50,381 bases of DNA, from sequence record SRR31156797_7389; one strand, given 5' to 3'. Shown in pieces: positions 9,411 to 19,052 of the stretch (the first letter of the stretch is position 1; every line of letters begins with the position of its first letter). The notes under the pieces were generated by a model. The model made no database searches. It was not told the origin of the DNA and saw only the letters and a program-made list of their open reading frames with translations. Both the position numbers and the translations under genes were made by a program.

Positions 9411-10220
9411 TTGAAGAACAAGCTTCGCTCCATACTCTTTTTATTCAGCGCTCTAGGCTGCCTTTGTTTGTCCGTGGTACCCAGCAGCTACGCCCATTTT
9501 GGTTCCATTATTCCCAGTGCTGCCATTGTAAGCCAAGGTGACAATCCTTCTATAGTACTTGATATCGCTTTTCTCCACCCCATGGAACAACACCTTATGC
9601 ACATGGCAAAGCCAAAAGAATTCGGTGTATTCCATGGCGGGCAAAGAAGCGATCTCACCCAAACGCTCCAGAAAAAGAAAGGAAAAGGGGAGACCCAATC
9701 ATTAACCAGCTGGCAGGCAGCATATACCCTCAAACGCCCTGGTGATTACACTTTTTTTGTGGAACCGCAGCCATATTGGGAACCAACAGAAGATGCCTTT
9801 ATTATTCACTACACCAAGGTGTGTGTGCATGGATTCGGCCTTGAACAAGGATGGGACCAACCCGTTGGACTTGCAACGGAAATCATTCCCTTGACGCGGC
9901 CTTACGGGTTATGGACCAACAATCTCTTTACTGGCCAGGTACTTCTCAACGGCAAACCTGTTCCCTTTGCCGAGATTGAAGTGGAGTATCTCAACGAATC
10001 ACAACATAATCCATCTCTGGTCACCCCACCAAGCGCCCCTTATATCACCCAGGTCGTTAAAGCAGATAAAGCAGGAATCTTTTCCTATGCCATGCCGCGA
10101 CAAGGGTGGTGGGGTTTTGCAGCCCTCAACCGAGCCGAATGGAAACTGTCTCACGATGGGACAGATAAAAATGTTGAACTTGGAGCCGTTTACTGGGTAC
10201 ACACTATTAATATGGATTAG
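9411..10220 (+). CDS. DUF4198 periplasmic Ni/Co uptake protein (NikK-like)
   Basis: Signal peptide with His at mature position 1 (SYA-HFG); [50 protein letters not shown]. Confidence 0.85.
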   Translation: MKNKLRSILFLFSALGCLCLSVVPSSYAHFGSIIPSAAIVSQGDNPSIVLDIAFLHPMEQHLMHMAKPKEFGVFHGGQRSDLTQTLQKKKGKGETQSLTSWQAAYTLKRPGDYTFFVEPQPYWEPTEDAFIIHYTKVCVHGFGLEQGWDQPVGLATEIIPLTRPYGLWTNNLFTGQVLLNGKPVPFAEIEVEYLNESQHNPSLVTPPSAPYITQVVKADKAGIFSYAMPRQGWWGFAALNRAEWKLSHDGTDKNVELGAVYWVHTINMD

Positions 10221-10553
10221 ATGAAAACACAGACAATCACATCTCTCTTTTTTTGCTCTGCCTATTTCCTTTACGCCGCCCACCCTGCCTGGGCCCATAA
10301 AGTCAATATTTTTGCCTATATTGACGGAGAAACGGTATACACAGAAAGTTATTTTTCAGATGGGAAACCGGTTATTGAAGGAAAAATCGAGGTGATGGAC
10401 AATGCTGAGCAGTTACTGCTCCTGGGAACAACGGACAAACAGGGATTTTTCACCTTCCCCTTACCCGCAAGCAAGGGCCAGCTTATTATTGTCCTTGATG
10501 CTGCCTTGGGTCATAAAAACAGGTTTACCCTCAAACAGGCGGCTAAGGAGTAA
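10221..10553 (+). CDS. NikL/CbiL-like periplasmic domain protein
   Basis: Signal peptide followed by AHKVNIFAY..G..VYTESYFSDG, GTTDKQG.F.F and A.LGH. Confidence 0.75.
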   Translation: MKTQTITSLFFCSAYFLYAAHPAWAHKVNIFAYIDGETVYTESYFSDGKPVIEGKIEVMDNAEQLLLLGTTDKQGFFTFPLPASKGQLIIVLDAALGHKNRFTLKQAAKE

Positions 10554-10559
10554 GCACGA

Positions 10560-10919
10560 TTGAAGAGTAAAAAACCATTAAAACACTTCTTGCTGGTAAG
10601 CGGTCTCTTGCTGACAATGCTGATGATGATGCAGCCGGCACTCCTTTTTGCCGCTGACGACAATGAAAGCAGGCAGGCAGACCAAACAGAGCCTGTGCAA
10701 CAATACACCTGCAGCGAACTTGGCACGTTAATTATTAATCAACAAAAACAGTGCACCCAGAGCCTGCGAAGCTTGAAGCGTGATATGGCAGCACTGCAGC
10801 AAAAAATGGATCAACCCGGCATACAAGATATTACCGCCGGTATCGGTTACATTCTCGGCATCTTCGGTACGGCAGCATTTGTTGCCTCCAGGCGCAAACA
10901 AACAAAAACAAACCAATAA
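10560..10919 (+). CDS. NikL/CbiL C-terminal-like protein (coiled coil plus C-terminal TM anchor)
   Basis: TTG start with an AAGGAG RBS, signal peptide, coiled coil, then the PGIQDITAGIGYILGIFG TM segment. Confidence 0.7.
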   Translation: MKSKKPLKHFLLVSGLLLTMLMMMQPALLFAADDNESRQADQTEPVQQYTCSELGTLIINQQKQCTQSLRSLKRDMAALQQKMDQPGIQDITAGIGYILGIFGTAAFVASRRKQTKTNQ

Positions 10920-10922
10920 ACC

Positions 10923-11558
10923 ATGCACATTGCAGACGGCGTCCTGCCCACTTCCATCATTTTTACCACCTATGCCCTTTCAAGTGCTGCCATTGCCTAC
11001 AGCCTGCGCAAAATTAACCCTGATGACCTGCCAAAGATTGCCGTTGTCACTGCATCTTTTTTTGTCGCCTCCCTGATTCACCTTCCGCTGGGGCCAACAA
11101 GTGTACACCTGCTGCTTCCCGGCCTGATGGGCGTTCTTTTGGGGCCGGCTGCAGCGTTCCTCAGTGTCGCCGTTGGCTTGGTACTGCAATCAATCCTGTT
11201 TCAATTCGGCGGACTTACCGCTCTTGGAGCAAACAGCTTGATGATTGGTATACCTGCGGTCTTGTGCGGCCTCTTTTTTCTTTGTTTCCAAGGTACGACC
11301 CTGCGGAGCAATGTTGTGAGTGCAGCCATTACTGGAGGTTTGGGGACCTTATTAGCAGCCCTTATCCTGGCCGGTCTGCTCTATACCAGCGGCGAAAGTT
11401 TTTTAAGGGTTGCGCAACTCGCACTGGTCGCGCATATTCCGGTGGTCCTCATTGAGGCAGTTGTCTCCGCAGCCACAGTCTCTTTCATCTTCCGCGTAAA
11501 ACCTGAAATGCTCAACTGGTCTCGCACCCTCGTTTGCACCAATGACGCAGCCAGATAA
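10923..11558 (+). CDS. cbiM: Ni/Co ECF S component (CbiM/NikM)
   Basis: N-terminal MHIADGVL metal-binding signature; FFVASLIH.P.GPTSVHL; FGGLTALGAN; AHIPV..IE. Confidence 0.92.
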   Translation: MHIADGVLPTSIIFTTYALSSAAIAYSLRKINPDDLPKIAVVTASFFVASLIHLPLGPTSVHLLLPGLMGVLLGPAAAFLSVAVGLVLQSILFQFGGLTALGANSLMIGIPAVLCGLFFLCFQGTTLRSNVVSAAITGGLGTLLAALILAGLLYTSGESFLRVAQLALVAHIPVVLIEAVVSAATVSFIFRVKPEMLNWSRTLVCTNDAAR

Positions 11559-12483
11559 CATTATCCTAGTTTCGCCCTGGATAGCCTGCGCCATCATCGG
11601 CCTTATCATCACTTGGCCACTCTACCTGCTTGGCAAAAAACTATGGTGGCCAACAAACAGCAATGATTGTGATACCACTCAACCAGACTGGTCTACAGCT
11701 CCAGGCAAAATGGAAGAACACAGGCTGTCTTTTTTTCACACTTGGGATCCACGGTTTAAAATAGCTACCCTCTTTACATTCTGCTTTGTGGTTGTCTCCC
11801 TGGACGCTCTTGGTACCTGCCTGTTAGCCCTGCTTATCTCAATTTTAGCCGTCTTTTTGAGCCACACCCCGTTGATACGTGTCCAAAAAAGATTGGTCGC
11901 TCTTTCAGGCTTTCTGAGCATGTTCCTGGTGATACTCCCGTTTACCAGCCCTGCGGTAGAGCAAGAAACCATCCTCCTTTTTCCGCTCTTATCAACATTC
12001 CCATTTCATATGTACGGTTTGCTGACAGCGGTTCTGATTTGCATTAAAGCCTGCAGCGTTGCCCTGATCATGGAGCCGATGTTTGGCACCTCGTCGTTAA
12101 CTGTTTCCCTGCAGGCTCTGCAGCAGATCGGTGTACCTTCGCCAATCATCCAAATGCTCCTTCTTACCCATCGCTTCATTTACCTTTTTCAACAAGAAGC
12201 ACACCGCATGCACAGGAGCATGAAACTCAGAGGCTTCTCCCCTAAAACCAATATTGCAACCATGCGCATCACCGGAAATTTTTTAGGGATGCTCTTTATC
12301 CGCTCCTACGAGCGAACCCAGCATGTCTACGAGGCTATGCTCAGCCGCGGTTACAATGGTGTTTTTCCCATGTATACACAGCACACAATCTCGGTAAAAG
12401 ATATTGCCATCACTGGAATCTGGCTGGTAATTGGACTCGCCTTGCTCCTTTTTGACGCCCCTGTCCAGTCTCTATGGCTGTGA
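11542..12483 (+). CDS. cbiQ: Ni/Co ECF T component (CbiQ/NikQ) with an extra N-terminal TM helix
   Basis: WDPRFKI, RFIYLF..E..RM..S.KLRGF, GMLFIRSYER...VYEAMLSRGY. Confidence 0.9.
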   Translation: MTQPDNIILVSPWIACAIIGLIITWPLYLLGKKLWWPTNSNDCDTTQPDWSTAPGKMEEHRLSFFHTWDPRFKIATLFTFCFVVVSLDALGTCLLALLISILAVFLSHTPLIRVQKRLVALSGFLSMFLVILPFTSPAVEQETILLFPLLSTFPFHMYGLLTAVLICIKACSVALIMEPMFGTSSLTVSLQALQQIGVPSPIIQMLLLTHRFIYLFQQEAHRMHRSMKLRGFSPKTNIATMRITGNFLGMLFIRSYERTQHVYEAMLSRGYNGVFPMYTQHTISVKDIAITGIWLVIGLALLLFDAPVQSLWL

Positions 12484-12511
12484 CCGATTATCCCTCTGGA
12501 CCAATGACCCT

Positions 12512-14131
12512 ATGACCCAATCCCTTACTCCTGATCCTCCGCCGATCTTTCAATGCAGGCAACTCTGCTTCACCTACCCTGACAACACAACAGCCTTACA
12601 TAACATCAACCTTTCAATAAGCCCAGGGGACCGTATCGCCCTTGTAGGCCGCAACGGTTCTGGCAAATCCACTCTTATTCGACATTTCAATGGTATTCTC
12701 CCGATACAAAAGGGCGACCTCCTCTACCACGGGACACCACTTGCAGAGGAGCATCTTTCACACATCCGCCTCAAGGTTGGGGTGCTGTTTCAAGATCCGG
12801 ACAATCACCTGTTCTGCAATAGTTTATACGAAGATGTGGCATTCGGTCCTCTGAACCAAGGAAAAGAAAGAGACGAAGTTGACCATCTTGTCAGGACAAG
12901 CCTTACCAATGTCGGCCTGGAGCAGTACCTGTTCAAATCGGCCCATCTGCTGAGTTATGGACAAAAAAAGCGGGCTGCCTTTGCCACCATCATGGCCATG
13001 GAGCCGGAAGTGCTTATCCTTGATGAACCAACCGCCAACCTTGATCCTCATCAGGAGCGTATCTTCAAGCAACTCCTTACCAACTTTGCGGGTACACTCA
13101 TTATCATAGACCATGACCTACTCTTTCTTTATGAGATCTGCACCCGTGCTGTTGTCTTGACAGAGGGGAAAATTCACCACGATTTCGCCATGGATGATCT
13201 GGTGTCCCACCCCCAAAGTCTGCACGAACATGGACTGGACTTCATGTTCCGTTTTACCTGCTGCGGTACACACCATAGCACGCCTCACCACCATCACCAC
13301 CACCATACCCATGATCATAACAGCCGAGACAGCCACCTCCCTGCTCCCTCTTTACCCAATTCCCCACTGTTAGAGCTCCAACACTACACCTTTGCCTATC
13401 CCGATAACAGCCCAGGAGTATCGGACATCAACCTTTGTATTACCCAGGGTGATACCCTCGCACTTGTTGGTGAAAACGGTGCTGGAAAATCAACGCTGGC
13501 CCATTGCTTGATGGGCCTACACCAAGGAAAAGGCTATCGCCTGTTTAATGACAGCCCCCTTCCCAAAGGGGCACACCGTATACTCCGCCAGCACATCGGT
13601 ATGGTTTTTCAACACTCAAGTGATCAACTCTTCTGCCCTTCCTGTTGGCAGGAAGTTGCCTTTGGGCCCCAGCAAATGAAACTGTCCGGGCAGGAAATAA
13701 AGCAACGAGTACAAGAGGCTCTCGCCGCCATGCAGCTTGAGGGGTATGACAATCGAGTACCGCTGCATATGAGCGGTGGGGAACGGAAAAGGCTGGCCAT
13801 CGCTGCTATTCTGGCAATGCAACCTGCTATCCTGATCCTGGATGAACCAACTCCCAATCTTGATCCGCAAAGTGCATTACTGCTGATGGAACTCCTTAAG
13901 CTGCTGCCAGTCACGACAATACTCATCACCCATGATCTTTTTTTCATCCGCAATCTTACCAGAAGAACAGTAGTCATGCACCAGGGGCGTATTGTACGGG
14001 ATTACGCCACCACTGATTTTCTTGCCGATGACCACCTGCAGGCCGTCAATGGCTTAGACTACACCTATAAAAATAGCTGCATACAAACAATCCAAAAGCT
14101 GCAGAATAAAAATCTCGCAAAGGACCAATAA
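12512..14131 (+). CDS. cbiO: Double-domain ECF ATPase (CbiO/NikO) with a Cys/His-rich linker
   Basis: Two ABC domains (GRNGSGKST, FQDPD, LSYGQKKR, LDEPT; and GENGAGKST, MSGGERKR, LDEPT) joined by CCGTHHSTPHHHHHHHTHDH. Confidence 0.9.
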   Translation: MTQSLTPDPPPIFQCRQLCFTYPDNTTALHNINLSISPGDRIALVGRNGSGKSTLIRHFNGILPIQKGDLLYHGTPLAEEHLSHIRLKVGVLFQDPDNHLFCNSLYEDVAFGPLNQGKERDEVDHLVRTSLTNVGLEQYLFKSAHLLSYGQKKRAAFATIMAMEPEVLILDEPTANLDPHQERIFKQLLTNFAGTLIIIDHDLLFLYEICTRAVVLTEGKIHHDFAMDDLVSHPQSLHEHGLDFMFRFTCCGTHHSTPHHHHHHHTHDHNSRDSHLPAPSLPNSPLLELQHYTFAYPDNSPGVSDINLCITQGDTLALVGENGAGKSTLAHCLMGLHQGKGYRLFNDSPLPKGAHRILRQHIGMVFQHSSDQLFCPSCWQEVAFGPQQMKLSGQEIKQRVQEALAAMQLEGYDNRVPLHMSGGERKRLAIAAILAMQPAILILDEPTPNLDPQSALLLMELLKLLPVTTILITHDLFFIRNLTRRTVVMHQGRIVRDYATTDFLADDHLQAVNGLDYTYKNSCIQTIQKLQNKNLAKDQ

Positions 14132-14293
14132 TCACAAGGACAATACTCTGTAACGGGTGGCTCGACATCCCCCAAAACCCAGACTCCAACATCTACAAAA
14201 AAGATCATAATTTCAAACTATTATATTTACAGCCGACCCAATATCGATTATTTGAAAAAAGAAGATTACCCATGTCCACGAGTACCAGAAAAC

Positions 14294-14887
14294 ATGATAT
14301 TGGATCGATTTTTCGCCACATACATCACGTCTCTCCTGCTGTGCCTTCTCCTTCTTTCCGGGTGCGGACAAAATACACCACCCCTCCCGGTTCTTGGAAC
14401 CTTTGATCAAGATTTTTCACTGACTAATCAGGATGGTCAAATCGTTACCCCCTCCACCTTGAACGGCAAAATTTATGTAGCTGATTTTTTCTTCACCACC
14501 TGCCCAACCATCTGCCCGATCATGAAAGTTCAAATGACCAGGGTTTATGAGGCATTTCTTGATAATCCGCAGGTCCTGTTACTGTCGCATACCATTGATC
14601 CAGATCACGATACCGTGGAGGTACTCCACGACTTTGCGCAACGGTTGGAAATAAAGACCGACAAGTGGCATATGGTCACCGGACCCAAAAGCATGATATA
14701 TCCTCTGGCCAAAAGCTATATGCTGGGAGTGGTGGAGTCCAGCCAGGCTCCTGGCGGCTACATCCACAGCGGCAGTTTCTGCCTGATAGATACAGACAGG
14801 AATATTCGCGGTTATTACAACGGTACAGACAGTGCTGAAGTGGACCAGCTTATTAAAGACATAGGGAGACTGCAGGGAGAAAAGTAA
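14294..14887 (+). CDS. SCO1/SenC family copper chaperone lipoprotein
   Basis: Lipobox LLSGC; FFFTTCPTICP (CxxxC); IDP.HDT; YIHSG (His ligand). Confidence 0.92.
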   Translation: MILDRFFATYITSLLLCLLLLSGCGQNTPPLPVLGTFDQDFSLTNQDGQIVTPSTLNGKIYVADFFFTTCPTICPIMKVQMTRVYEAFLDNPQVLLLSHTIDPDHDTVEVLHDFAQRLEIKTDKWHMVTGPKSMIYPLAKSYMLGVVESSQAPGGYIHSGSFCLIDTDRNIRGYYNGTDSAEVDQLIKDIGRLQGEK

Positions 14888-14889
14888 AA

Positions 14890-15300
14890 ATGAAGATCAG
14901 GCCACTGATCCTCCTGTTCATTGGAGCGGGGCTCCTCGCCGCACCAATTACTACACCAGCTATGGGTGATGAAGGACAGCAGCTTTATCAAATCCACTGC
15001 AGCCGGTGCCATGGGATGGAAGGCCAGGGATTTCGCCGTCTCTATCCCGCTCTTCAAGGCTCACCCTACTTTGGACAAAAGCTGGTGCAGCTCCCTTGCA
15101 TCATCCAAAACGGGCTAACCGGTAATATCCCTTTACAAGACGGAAGCTATAATCGAACAATGCCTGGCAACAGACTCCTGGATACAGGCCAAATAGTCCG
15201 TCTGATGCGCTATACTTCCCGATTTGCAACCGGAGAATCTGCTGCGACAACCACAATTACTTCAGAAGAAGCTGCCCACCTGCTCCAACGATGTCGGTAG
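14890..15300 (+). CDS. Monoheme c-type cytochrome
   Basis: Signal peptide; CSRCHG; YPAL; distal Met in YNRTMPG. Confidence 0.88.
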   Translation: MKIRPLILLFIGAGLLAAPITTPAMGDEGQQLYQIHCSRCHGMEGQGFRRLYPALQGSPYFGQKLVQLPCIIQNGLTGNIPLQDGSYNRTMPGNRLLDTGQIVRLMRYTSRFATGESAATTTITSEEAAHLLQRCR

Positions 15301-15344
15301 AATGAAGTACTTCTTCTTTAACTTTTCACCTGCGAGGTAACGGT

Positions 15345-15764
15345 ATGGGGCGTTATCAATTTTTCAGAGTATGCGTTGCAGTTCTCCTGATATTTGGCCT
15401 ATCTGCAGGATGCCAAAACAGACAACAGCAGGAAGTTAAACAACTGCAGAGCGAAGTAATGCGGATCCATGATCGCACCATGGAAAAAATGGGCTACATG
15501 TATGAACTTGAAACCAGTCTCCAGCAGTTGATGGCTCAAAAAAAGCACAATGCAAGTGTAACGGACAGAGAGGCCATTCAAAAATTACAGCAAGCCCAGA
15601 CAGCTATGATGCAGTGGATGCACAAGTATGCACCACCAAAAGAGGATACCCCCTATGCTGAACAGATGACGTATCTGCTTGACGAAAAACAAAAAATCAG
15701 CCGCGTCGAACAACTCACCACAGAAGCTATCCAGTTAGGCGAGTCTTTGACCGAGCTGCCATAA
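15345..15764 (+). CDS. Met/His-rich helical lipoprotein of unknown function
   Basis: RBS GAGG; lipobox LSAGC; EVMRIHDRTMEKMGYM and AMMQWMHKY motifs. Confidence 0.75.
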   Translation: MGRYQFFRVCVAVLLIFGLSAGCQNRQQQEVKQLQSEVMRIHDRTMEKMGYMYELETSLQQLMAQKKHNASVTDREAIQKLQQAQTAMMQWMHKYAPPKEDTPYAEQMTYLLDEKQKISRVEQLTTEAIQLGESLTELP

Positions 15765-15824
15765 AGGTTCTTGATGGTCATTGTCGCCACCCCTTGCCGG
15801 CACCTAATTCCCGAAAAAAACTTC

Positions 15825-18461
15825 TCACCCCCCTGAAAACACTGTTTTTTTCCTGCCGCCCCAACCAAGGGGAATACAACAGCAGCAGCCGAACACAACC
15901 GCTGCTGCCCCGAGTCGTAAAAACTCCTCAACTGTAAGGGGTACCACCCCAAACAAACGGTGCAGTGGTGTATAGAGAATAACTCCCTGGAGCAGAAGAG
16001 AAAGTGCTACCGAACTCCACAACCATGGATTAGTCAACAATCGTACTCTGTAGCTGCTGCGAATGACAAAAACCAGTAGCATTTCAAAAAGGACCACATA
16101 CGTAAAGGCCACCGTTCTTGCGCGCTCCAGCTCTCCTGTGTCTTGGCTTGCCCCCCCTGCAGTCTCAAAACAGAACAACCCGATCAATGCACCGGCAATA
16201 CCGACAAAAAGCAGCAAACGCAGATGATAAACTGAAAGGATGGGTGCCTGCTTTACAATCGGAGGTCTCTGCATAATATCCCTGCTGTAGGGATCAACAG
16301 TATAGGCCAATGCCGGAGCTCCATCGGTAATAAGGTTAATCCATAACAGGAGTAAAGCGGTCAGCGGCAGGTTCCACCCCAGGAGTACAGCCAGAAAAAC
16401 CAGCAGCACTTCCATCAGGTTACCGGAAAGGAGCAACATAATAGATTTCTGGATGTTCTCATAAATCCCCCTGCCCTCTTCGACGGCATCAACAATATTG
16501 GCAAAGGAATCATTGAGCACCACAAAATCAGCCGCCTCTTTTGCCACTTCAGTCCCGCTGCCCACCGCTATACCGATATCAGCCTTTTTCAGAGCCGGTG
16601 CATCGTTGACACCATCACCGGTCATAGCTACAATATGCCCGCTCTGTTGCAGTGCTTTAACGATGCGCAGTTTATGTTGCGGGATCACCCTTGCAAAAAT
16701 ATCAGTGGCCTGCACAGCAGTAATCAGTACATCATCACCCATACCGTCCAGTTCCTTGCCAGTCAACACCTTCCCTGTAATCCCTATCTGCTCACCTATA
16801 GCTTTTGCCGTTTCTTTATGGTCTCCAGTAATCATTATCGGTCTGATACACGCCGCTCTTGCTCGCTGAATAGACACGGGTACGTCTCGACGGGGTGCAT
16901 CGATCATTGCCTGGAGCCCGACAAAGACCAACCCGGTCTCATCAATCACATGGCTGCCCCCAATCTCACGATAAGCAAAGGCCATAATCCGCATGGCTTG
17001 GCTTGCGAATTCATCTATTACCGCGGTAATCCTCTCCCTTTCTTTTGCAGTAAGGGCGACGATACTGCTATCAGCTTTCTGAAAATAAGAACAATTTTGC
17101 AAAAGGTGATCCGGAGCACCTTTGGTATGGACAAAAACACCATCCTTTGTCCGAATAAGGACACTCATACATTTACGCTTTGCATCAAAAGGAAGTTCAT
17201 CGAGTCGCTCTCCTACAATGGCAACACCTGCAGTTGCAGCACTGACCAACAGCGCACACTCCGTCGGGCTTCCAGTAACTCCGCGGCTGCTGCCTCGACC
17301 ACTGTATTCGGCATTGCTGCAGGTAATCCCAATGGTGAACAACAGCCGTTCCATCGATGAAAGAGTTCCCTGTTCTGGAGGGTGAACAAGGTCAATTTCC
17401 CCCTCCATGGTCCAGCCCTTTTCGACGGTCATTCGGTTTCTGGTCAGTGTCCCTGTCTTGTCCGAACAAATAACATCACAACTACCAAGGGTTTCTACAG
17501 AGGTCAGGCGCCTGACCAATATTTTTTTCAAAAGCAAACGCTTGGTCCCTATGGATAGGGCAATGGTTACCACTGCCGGCAGTGCTGTTGGCACAGCTGC
17601 AACAGCAAGACTTATGACAACAAAAGAAAAATCGATGAACACCTTCATGTCCAACGGCTTTCCATCGGTAAGGGATCGGCCAATCAGAAGAAAAAAGACC
17701 AGCAGACAGATTCCAGTGATCACCAGTCCTAGTTTGCGACCAAAAATATCCAGCCTTCTTTCAAGCGGAGTTTGTTCCTGTTTGGCTGTTGCGATCATTT
17801 CTGAAATCCTGCCAACTTCTGTTTCCATACCAATATCGGTGATAACCGCCATACCTCTCCCACTGACAATGGAAGAAGCGGAAAAAATCATATTACGCCT
17901 GTCTGCCAAGGGCAACTCACCAGGTAAAGGCTCTATTATTTTGGAAACAGCGAGGCTTTCACCGGTGAGGATTGATTCTTCAACCTCTAACTGGGCAACA
18001 TTGAGCAGACGACCATCTGCCGGAACTTTGTCCCCTGACTCCAGACAGACGATATCTCCCGGGACCAATTGCTCCCCATCAATACGCAGTCGTTTATTCG
18101 CCCTTATCACTGTTGCAGTTATCGTGGTCATTTTGCGCAGCGCTTCCAATGACCGGTTTGCCTTAAGTTCCTGAATAAAGCCAATCAGCCCATTCATGAT
18201 CAGGATGGCGAGAATAACCATTGCATCAGTATATTCGCGGAGAACAAGAGAAAAGAGCACTGCAAACAGCAACAAGTAAATGATAAAACTGGTAAATTGG
18301 TGGAGTAGAATCCGCCATGCTGGCACAGGCGGTTTGTGCTGTATACGGTTGGGACCGTACAGGCGTTGCCGTTTCTCTACCTCTTCCGGTGAAAGTCCCT
18401 CCTGCGAGGTTTGTAAACGATCAAGTACTTCAGCAACTGCGGCAGAATAAATACCATCCAT
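15825..18461 (-). CDS. Cation-translocating P-type ATPase, P2A (Ca2+-ATPase)-like, with an atypical TM4
   Basis: TGES, CSDKTGTLT, KGAP, MITGD, MTGDGVNDAPALK; TM5 GNLME; TM6 WINLITDG; TM4 reads AVPTALP. Confidence 0.93.
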   Translation of the reverse strand: MDGIYSAAVAEVLDRLQTSQEGLSPEEVEKRQRLYGPNRIQHKPPVPAWRILLHQFTSFIIYLLLFAVLFSLVLREYTDAMVILAILIMNGLIGFIQELKANRSLEALRKMTTITATVIRANKRLRIDGEQLVPGDIVCLESGDKVPADGRLLNVAQLEVEESILTGESLAVSKIIEPLPGELPLADRRNMIFSASSIVSGRGMAVITDIGMETEVGRISEMIATAKQEQTPLERRLDIFGRKLGLVITGICLLVFFLLIGRSLTDGKPLDMKVFIDFSFVVISLAVAAVPTALPAVVTIALSIGTKRLLLKKILVRRLTSVETLGSCDVICSDKTGTLTRNRMTVEKGWTMEGEIDLVHPPEQGTLSSMERLLFTIGITCSNAEYSGRGSSRGVTGSPTECALLVSAATAGVAIVGERLDELPFDAKRKCMSVLIRTKDGVFVHTKGAPDHLLQNCSYFQKADSSIVALTAKERERITAVIDEFASQAMRIMAFAYREIGGSHVIDETGLVFVGLQAMIDAPRRDVPVSIQRARAACIRPIMITGDHKETAKAIGEQIGITGKVLTGKELDGMGDDVLITAVQATDIFARVIPQHKLRIVKALQQSGHIVAMTGDGVNDAPALKKADIGIAVGSGTEVAKEAADFVVLNDSFANIVDAVEEGRGIYENIQKSIMLLLSGNLMEVLLVFLAVLLGWNLPLTALLLLWINLITDGAPALAYTVDPYSRDIMQRPPIVKQAPILSVYHLRLLLFVGIAGALIGLFCFETAGGASQDTGELERARTVAFTYVVLFEMLLVFVIRSSYRVRLLTNPWLWSSVALSLLLQGVILYTPLHRLFGVVPLTVEEFLRLGAAAVVFGCCCCIPLGWGGRKKTVFSGG

Positions 18462-18735
18462 ATCGCGACCCTAACCTAGAGAAAAAGGCATATAACGGTA
18501 GACTTATAGTAGAACCATGGACAAGAATGTGCCACCTATTTTTCAGTACCAAGTCAGTGCATCATAAACCAAGATGAAGAAAGAGCTTACAGCCCGATTT
18601 CCAGCCCCCATTCAAATTGAATTTACCAGTCTGTCTCCAAATAAATAGTAAAATTCAATTTGATTCAAAAAGGCAGTTCACATATAGTTGTTTAGTAAAG
18701 GGAATCTATACACTTTTTCAAAAAGGAGATACCAT

Positions 18736-19044
18736 ATGATCATGAAAATACTCGCCTGCCTGCTTACCCTGCTATTAGCTGCAACAACAGCATTTGCGCT
18801 CACAGCCGAAGAAAAACGAATAAGGAAGAAATACGGGACCAAATACAATGCCAAGGCTGTAATTTACCAAACAAACAAATGCGTTGATCAATACATGCTG
18901 CTCAGCGACAATCCGGATGTAACAACCCTGCAACCATGGTGCGAACAAAAGGTGATTGATGGTTGGAAGCCTTTTTCAAAGGCTGAATTGGAAAGAAGGG
19001 TAAACGCAAAAAAATCCAAGCAAACCATTATCATTGAAAAATAA
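18736..19044 (+). CDS. Small basic secreted hypothetical protein
   Basis: Strong RBS AAGGAG, signal peptide ending AFA, two Cys residues, hairpin immediately downstream. Confidence 0.75.
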   Translation: MIMKILACLLTLLLAATTAFALTAEEKRIRKKYGTKYNAKAVIYQTNKCVDQYMLLSDNPDVTTLQPWCEQKVIDGWKPFSKAELERRVNAKKSKQTIIIEK

Positions 19045-19052
19045 GCGGCGGT

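Noticed and set aside
9411-14131. Calling the ECF operon a B12-regulated cobalt (cbi) system linked to the riboswitch at 50.3 kb
   Set aside because: The riboswitch is about 36 kb away and on the other strand. The local NikR-like sites and NikK/NikL-type components favour nickel; the cbi symbols are used only as family names.
16635-18174. Long plus-strand ORFs (241 and 255 aa), and similar antisense ORFs over rpsA, guaB, ilvD and the B12 radical SAM
   Set aside because: They are shadow ORFs opposite well-supported genes, with no motifs or RBS.
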